The position numbers were made by a program, and so were the translations under genes. Under the pieces are notes generated by a model. It had not been told where the DNA came from. It ran no database searches and was given only the letters and a program-made list of their open reading frames with translations. Of a DNA stretch of 64,000 nt, positions 59,649 through 64,000 are shown one piece after another (within the stretch, counting starts at the first letter, position 1; each line of letters starts with the position of its first letter). The stretch covers positions 64,001 through 128,000 of the forward strand of contig CAXMWX010000007.1 in NCBI GenBank assembly GCA_963422205.2, in the 5' to 3' direction. The DNA is from Gammaproteobacteria bacterium. Its GTDB lineage: Bacteria; Pseudomonadota; Gammaproteobacteria; Eutrophobiales; Eutrophobiaceae.

Positions 59649-61367
59649 TCACAGGGTCTTCAGATAAGCAAGCAGGGCATGGATGTCAGCATCGCTCAAG
59701 GCGGGCAGCCCATCGTAACCGCTGCCGTATTCATGCCCGGCATGGCTGTTACCGGGCAGGCGGGTATCAAACAGAAACGCCCCCGGCTGTGCCTGCTGCA
59801 CATAACCGACCTTCACCGGGTCGTACTCCCAACTGCCCAGATAGAACTGCTTGCTGCGTTTCGCTGCCGGCAACAGCAACTCATACAAGTTCGGCACAGA
59901 GCCGTTATGCAGAAAGGGGGCGCTGCTCCAGATACCGTTTAACGGCCTGGCCTTATAGGCGAGCAAGGCCCGGTCGGATACCTCCTCGCCCGCAGCGATG
60001 ATCGCACCGTTGACATACTTGGGCGGATGAATCACCGCAGCATGTCCCAGGCGGCGTGAATCCCGCTTCGCCAGATAGGACTGCAAGGGATTATTCTTTA
60101 ATACGCCCACCATCAGATTGTTGAGCATGAAGATGGCCGGTGCCTCGGCGGCCAGCGGCTCGCCACTGACATAATAACGTGGCCTGCCCTCCAGCAGGCC
60201 GCTCTTGCCACGGTGTTCAAGGGCATTCCTTGCCATCAGCGGGTCGGTGTTGATCTCATCTAAGGTACTCATACGCACCTTGATCAAACGCCCCGGGTCC
60301 GCCCGGTCAATATCCTGATGACAACGCAGACAGTATGTCTCATACAGCGGCCGGCCACGTGCCGCCGCGACGGGATCGATGGGCGGGAAAAAATCAGGCC
60401 ACAGGGGCGATTGCAACGTGCTGATGTGCGTCTCGATCTTACGCAGGTTGGCGGCGGCAATCGATGAGCGATAGCCCAGATCAAGACCTAAAAATGAGAC
60501 CGGCGTTGTCTCCATCTGTCCGAATACGCCGATGACCTCGCCGATATTGCGCGCCAGGGCACCGACATGGGCGTTCGATTGTGAACCGTTCCACTCGACA
60601 TAATCGTGTTGCGGGGTATCCCAGAGATAAGGGTAGCTGGCGGGTGCGTTCGGCTCGTTATAATTGCCCTTTGCCTGTGTCAGCAGCAGCGCCTTGTTGA
60701 GGATCGCACCGAAGGCATCCAGGCGGGTGTAGCCGTAAGGCGTGTTGCTGTGGTCGCGCTGGTTGGTGCGTCTTCTGTCTTCATAGACCATCTCAAGCTG
60801 CTGCCTGAGTGCAGCCAGTTCATCTGGTGTGACCTTCGGGCCGTGAATGCCTGCTCCCAGACGCTGAAGTTTAGGCTGATCGGCCAGGGTCGCCGCCAGC
60901 GAGGCTTCCAGTTCCTGCAGAAATAATTGCAAGTCCAGCATGGCCTGACCGCCATCGATGTGCAGCAAGATGTTGTTATAGCGTATCGCCTGGGTATGGC
61001 AGGCGGCACAGGTCAGCCCCATCGACTCACCCGCCCTGCTGATACCGATAGCCAGGCCGTCCGGGTTGCGGGCCGATTTTTTGCCGGGCAGAAAACCATA
61101 CCGCAGCATGTTTTCCGGGGCGCGCAACAAGGCCGTCTTGTCGGCCTGTTCCAGGTGCAGAAACACATCATACGGCAGCAGTTTCGAGCCTTGATTGATG
61201 TAATAAAACCACTGCCGATCCTGCTCGGTCCAATTTTGCTGTAGATATGTGACACTCGCCGGGGCGGTCAGATACGTCCGTTGCAGGCTTGTTCCCGGCT
61301 TATCCTCGGCACTGACGGGCTGGGCGAGCAATATCAATGCGGATAAAATCGTTAATCCGGGCGGCAT
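59649..61367 (-). CDS. Secreted di-heme cytochrome c, RoxA/MauG-like
   Basis: Signal peptide; CAACH and CLRCH; YKARPLNGIWSSAPFLHNGSVPNL; GNSHAGHEY. Confidence 0.85.
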   Translation of the reverse strand: MPPGLTILSALILLAQPVSAEDKPGTSLQRTYLTAPASVTYLQQNWTEQDRQWFYYINQGSKLLPYDVFLHLEQADKTALLRAPENMLRYGFLPGKKSARNPDGLAIGISRAGESMGLTCAACHTQAIRYNNILLHIDGGQAMLDLQLFLQELEASLAATLADQPKLQRLGAGIHGPKVTPDELAALRQQLEMVYEDRRRTNQRDHSNTPYGYTRLDAFGAILNKALLLTQAKGNYNEPNAPASYPYLWDTPQHDYVEWNGSQSNAHVGALARNIGEVIGVFGQMETTPVSFLGLDLGYRSSIAAANLRKIETHISTLQSPLWPDFFPPIDPVAAARGRPLYETYCLRCHQDIDRADPGRLIKVRMSTLDEINTDPLMARNALEHRGKSGLLEGRPRYYVSGEPLAAEAPAIFMLNNLMVGVLKNNPLQSYLAKRDSRRLGHAAVIHPPKYVNGAIIAAGEEVSDRALLAYKARPLNGIWSSAPFLHNGSVPNLYELLLPAAKRSKQFYLGSWEYDPVKVGYVQQAQPGAFLFDTRLPGNSHAGHEYGSGYDGLPALSDADIHALLAYLKTL

Positions 61368-61368
61368 G

Positions 61369-62748
61369 TTAATCCTGTGACAATAGGGTGTTGAGCAGGT
61401 TATTCTGAAAACTCACATTACCCGTCAGGCTGTTGTGATCCTCACATAACAGTATCGCATAGGCCAATGGAAAAAAGCTGTATTTATTTCGCTGGATGCT
61501 GGGGTCGAGGGTATCACGCCCTAACAGAGATGCCTTGGTCACCGAACCATCGCCCGGCTCCAGCAGCAGCTGGCCATAATCAACTCCGGCCACTGGCTGG
61601 GTGACATCTTCCGGGTACATCCTGATCTCGGAAATCCCGTTCACCTCCTCCACCAGAATACGCGCCGGTGTCAGCCTGCAATCGCCACCGAATACCACCA
61701 GCATGGGATGATCCTCCGGCAATGGCACGGTCAACGACCAGACAAACCGCCGGGCACGTTCAATGTATTTTTCAAAATACTGTTGCAGGTTGGCATAATG
61801 CTGCTCGCCCTGCTTCGGGTCGGCAAACTCAGCAATGATGGCGGCCTTCACGTGGGGGTTGAATATTGACCATTGAAAACGGCGCCAGGTCTCAACTGAA
61901 AACAAATCCCGCTGCAAGGGCTTGCCGGTATTGGTCACCAGCCAGTTATTTAAAGGATGGGGGAGTAATTGATACAGGCTGGGCATCGTTGCCATCGTCT
62001 CGGGCGGGATCTTCCGCAACCCAATCTTGATGCCATCAATAAAGGCCCGCAGTATCTTGACGGAGCCAAGGTTCGGTGCGCCGAGCAAAACCACCCGGCG
62101 CACCCGCTGACCGCCGTACATATTCACCGGAAAATCGTTATCATCCACCACATCTTCCCGCCCGTAGCGGATATAGTACCGGGCAACCAGCCCACCCATG
62201 CTGTGGGCGACCAGATCCACTTTCAACTGATCATCACCATGATCACGGCGAATTTGATCGATGAAGTCGGCCAGCTTCCCGGCACTGACGACATTATCCT
62301 GACGCCAGTCGTAGTGAAACTCATAGAGGTACTTTTTGCCCGGCTCGATTTTTTGCCCCGGGATACGGAGTTCATACCCGCCTGCCTCGGATAATGTGTG
62401 CAGAATTTTGCCATAGAAATCCTTGCCGGCCGTATGTTCAGCGACCGCAAACGCCGATACATCGCCCGTCTGGCTGACATAGGTGGGGGGGGAGAATTTA
62501 AGTGCCAGGTCTCGTCTGTCGCTGGTGAGCAATTTATACAAGGGGCCAGGCCATAGCTCTGCCCCCGTATCATAATTACGCAGTTTTGCCCCCAGGATGC
62601 CGTGGATGAAGACCACCGGTGGCTGTACAACCCCCTTGTCAGTCTGCCCGTACAGCCGGGGCAAATCCGGGCGCTGTGAGCGCTCCAACAGCGTATCAAC
62701 GTATAACGTTACACCGACAATGGCGATAATAAAAAGCAGCATTTTCAT
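61369..62748 (-). CDS. Exported LCAT/PGAP1-like lipase/acyltransferase
   Basis: N-terminal hydrophobic anchor; VFIHGILG, YDWRQD, DLVAHSMGG, PGDGSVT, late His (EDHNSL). Confidence 0.85.
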   Translation of the reverse strand: MKMLLFIIAIVGVTLYVDTLLERSQRPDLPRLYGQTDKGVVQPPVVFIHGILGAKLRNYDTGAELWPGPLYKLLTSDRRDLALKFSPPTYVSQTGDVSAFAVAEHTAGKDFYGKILHTLSEAGGYELRIPGQKIEPGKKYLYEFHYDWRQDNVVSAGKLADFIDQIRRDHGDDQLKVDLVAHSMGGLVARYYIRYGREDVVDDNDFPVNMYGGQRVRRVVLLGAPNLGSVKILRAFIDGIKIGLRKIPPETMATMPSLYQLLPHPLNNWLVTNTGKPLQRDLFSVETWRRFQWSIFNPHVKAAIIAEFADPKQGEQHYANLQQYFEKYIERARRFVWSLTVPLPEDHPMLVVFGGDCRLTPARILVEEVNGISEIRMYPEDVTQPVAGVDYGQLLLEPGDGSVTKASLLGRDTLDPSIQRNKYSFFPLAYAILLCEDHNSLTGNVSFQNNLLNTLLSQD

Positions 62749-63294
62749 TTAACTTATTATATCCATTTTTATCCTGATATATTCAACCATTACGATAATA
62801 CACACTGACCTGATCAGGCTCTGCTGCAGTGCTTGACCCTTCGGCAGGCGGGCCGTTGCCATGCTCTCATTATCTCTTTGGTGGCGGCAAACAGGCAATC
62901 TCCTAAGGTGCTGCCATGCCCCCGGCAGGCGTAAATTCAATGGCAAAATTCAATGACCAGGGAAATAACAATAATTATTTGAATTATCAGGATATTTTAA
63001 CATATACACTGGCTGCATGCCGATCTGCTGTCAAGTCGCCTGCCTGCCGGACAGGGCGCTGCATTCACCACAGCCGGCCCCTCGAACAGGTCGCCAGCCA
63101 GCACCGCTATCTTCGCTGATGCAACGAATCACCGCCTTAAAAATACGAAGGAGATAAATCAATCATGTTTACATACACTGTGGCTTATTGCTATGGTGTG
63201 ACCTGATGATTTGTGTGGTTAGTTTCGTTCAGCAGCAGTGAGTTAGAAATTAATCATCGTAAATAAAACAAGCCAACACGAAGGTATCTCGACA

Positions 63295-64000
63295 ATGCAA
63301 CCCCCCCAGAAAAATTCCCCTGAAGCAACGGTGTTTGATGCGATTTCCAAGCCGCCTCTGGTTATCGGCAAGTATGAAATCCTCCAGGAGATTGGCAAAG
63401 GCAGCATGGGCACGGTGTATTCAGCACATGATCCTTTCTCTGCCAAAGATGTGGCTATCAAGGTCGCCCACCCGGAATATGTCGTTCAAACAGAGGACGG
63501 CGAGCGTTTTCGCAAACTGTTTTTTAATGAGGCCCATGCCGCCGGTGTGCTGGATCATCCCAGCATCCTGCACCTGTTTGATGCGGGCGTGGATGGGGAT
63601 CTGTGTTATCTGGTGATGGAATACGTGCCGGGGGGACAGACCTTGCAGCACTATTGCAGGCCGGATAATCTGCTGTCTACCCGGGAAGTGGTCGGGATTA
63701 TTTTCAAATGCGCCAAGGCACTGGATTATGCACACCGCCAAGGCATTATTCATCGTGACATCAAGCCGAGTAATATCCTGTTCACGGAAGATCGTGATAT
63801 CAGAATCTCTGATTTCAGTATTGCCCGTATCAATCGTGCCGATCAAACGGCGACACAATTTGACGGGTTTCTCGGCTCCCCGCTGTACATGTCGCCCGAA
63901 CAAATCAATGAATGGCCGATCTCAAGCAATACCGATATTTTCTCTCTCGGCGTGGTGATGTATGAAATGTTGACCGGTACCCACCCGTTCAAAGGCGATA
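63295..64000 (+). CDS. Ser/Thr protein kinase (runs off the window end)
   Basis: IGKYEILQEIGKGSMGTVY, VAIK, IHRDIKPSN, DFS, GSPLYMSPE. Confidence 0.9.
   Translation, partial: MQPPQKNSPEATVFDAISKPPLVIGKYEILQEIGKGSMGTVYSAHDPFSAKDVAIKVAHPEYVVQTEDGERFRKLFFNEAHAAGVLDHPSILHLFDAGVDGDLCYLVMEYVPGGQTLQHYCRPDNLLSTREVVGIIFKCAKALDYAHRQGIIHRDIKPSNILFTEDRDIRISDFSIARINRADQTATQFDGFLGSPLYMSPEQINEWPISSNTDIFSLGVVMYEMLTGTHPFKGD

Overview
Gammaproteobacterial chromosome segment, judged from the uvrC-pgsA-tRNA Gly/Cys/Leu synteny, purEK and glcDEF. Bases 0-13.5 kb are a cofactor-biosynthesis cluster of a probable C1/alcohol oxidiser: Moco genes mobB, moeA, moaCDE; a split PQQ set (pqqB apart from pqqCDE, no pqqA seen); methylotroph H4MPT/methylofuran-type genes; folP. 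Next come a porin, a tungsten-type aldehyde oxidoreductase cluster, PQQ-ADH accessory genes with a two-component system, and an RND pump. Bases 34-46 kb are a decayed accessory zone with IS481 and IS1595 relics, mrr, a periplasmic DNA ligase, phage and autotransporter fragments, and DUF1640-like coiled-coil paralogues. The right end holds icmF/liuR, glcDEF and a tRNA cluster. Three observations stand out. (1) A tightly coupled secreted operon of lipase/acyltransferase, RoxA-like di-heme protein and catalase-like lipoprotein, a candidate lipoxygenase-independent lipid oxygenation pathway (inference). (2) Two families of 23-30 nt hairpin micro-insertions, nine copies all inside IS relics; removing them restores the transposase frame at most coding sites. 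(3) A group I intron in tRNA-Leu(UAA). Several single-base frameshifts and a 52-C run suggest sequencing or assembly error. All family calls come from motifs recognised by eye; no database searches were run.
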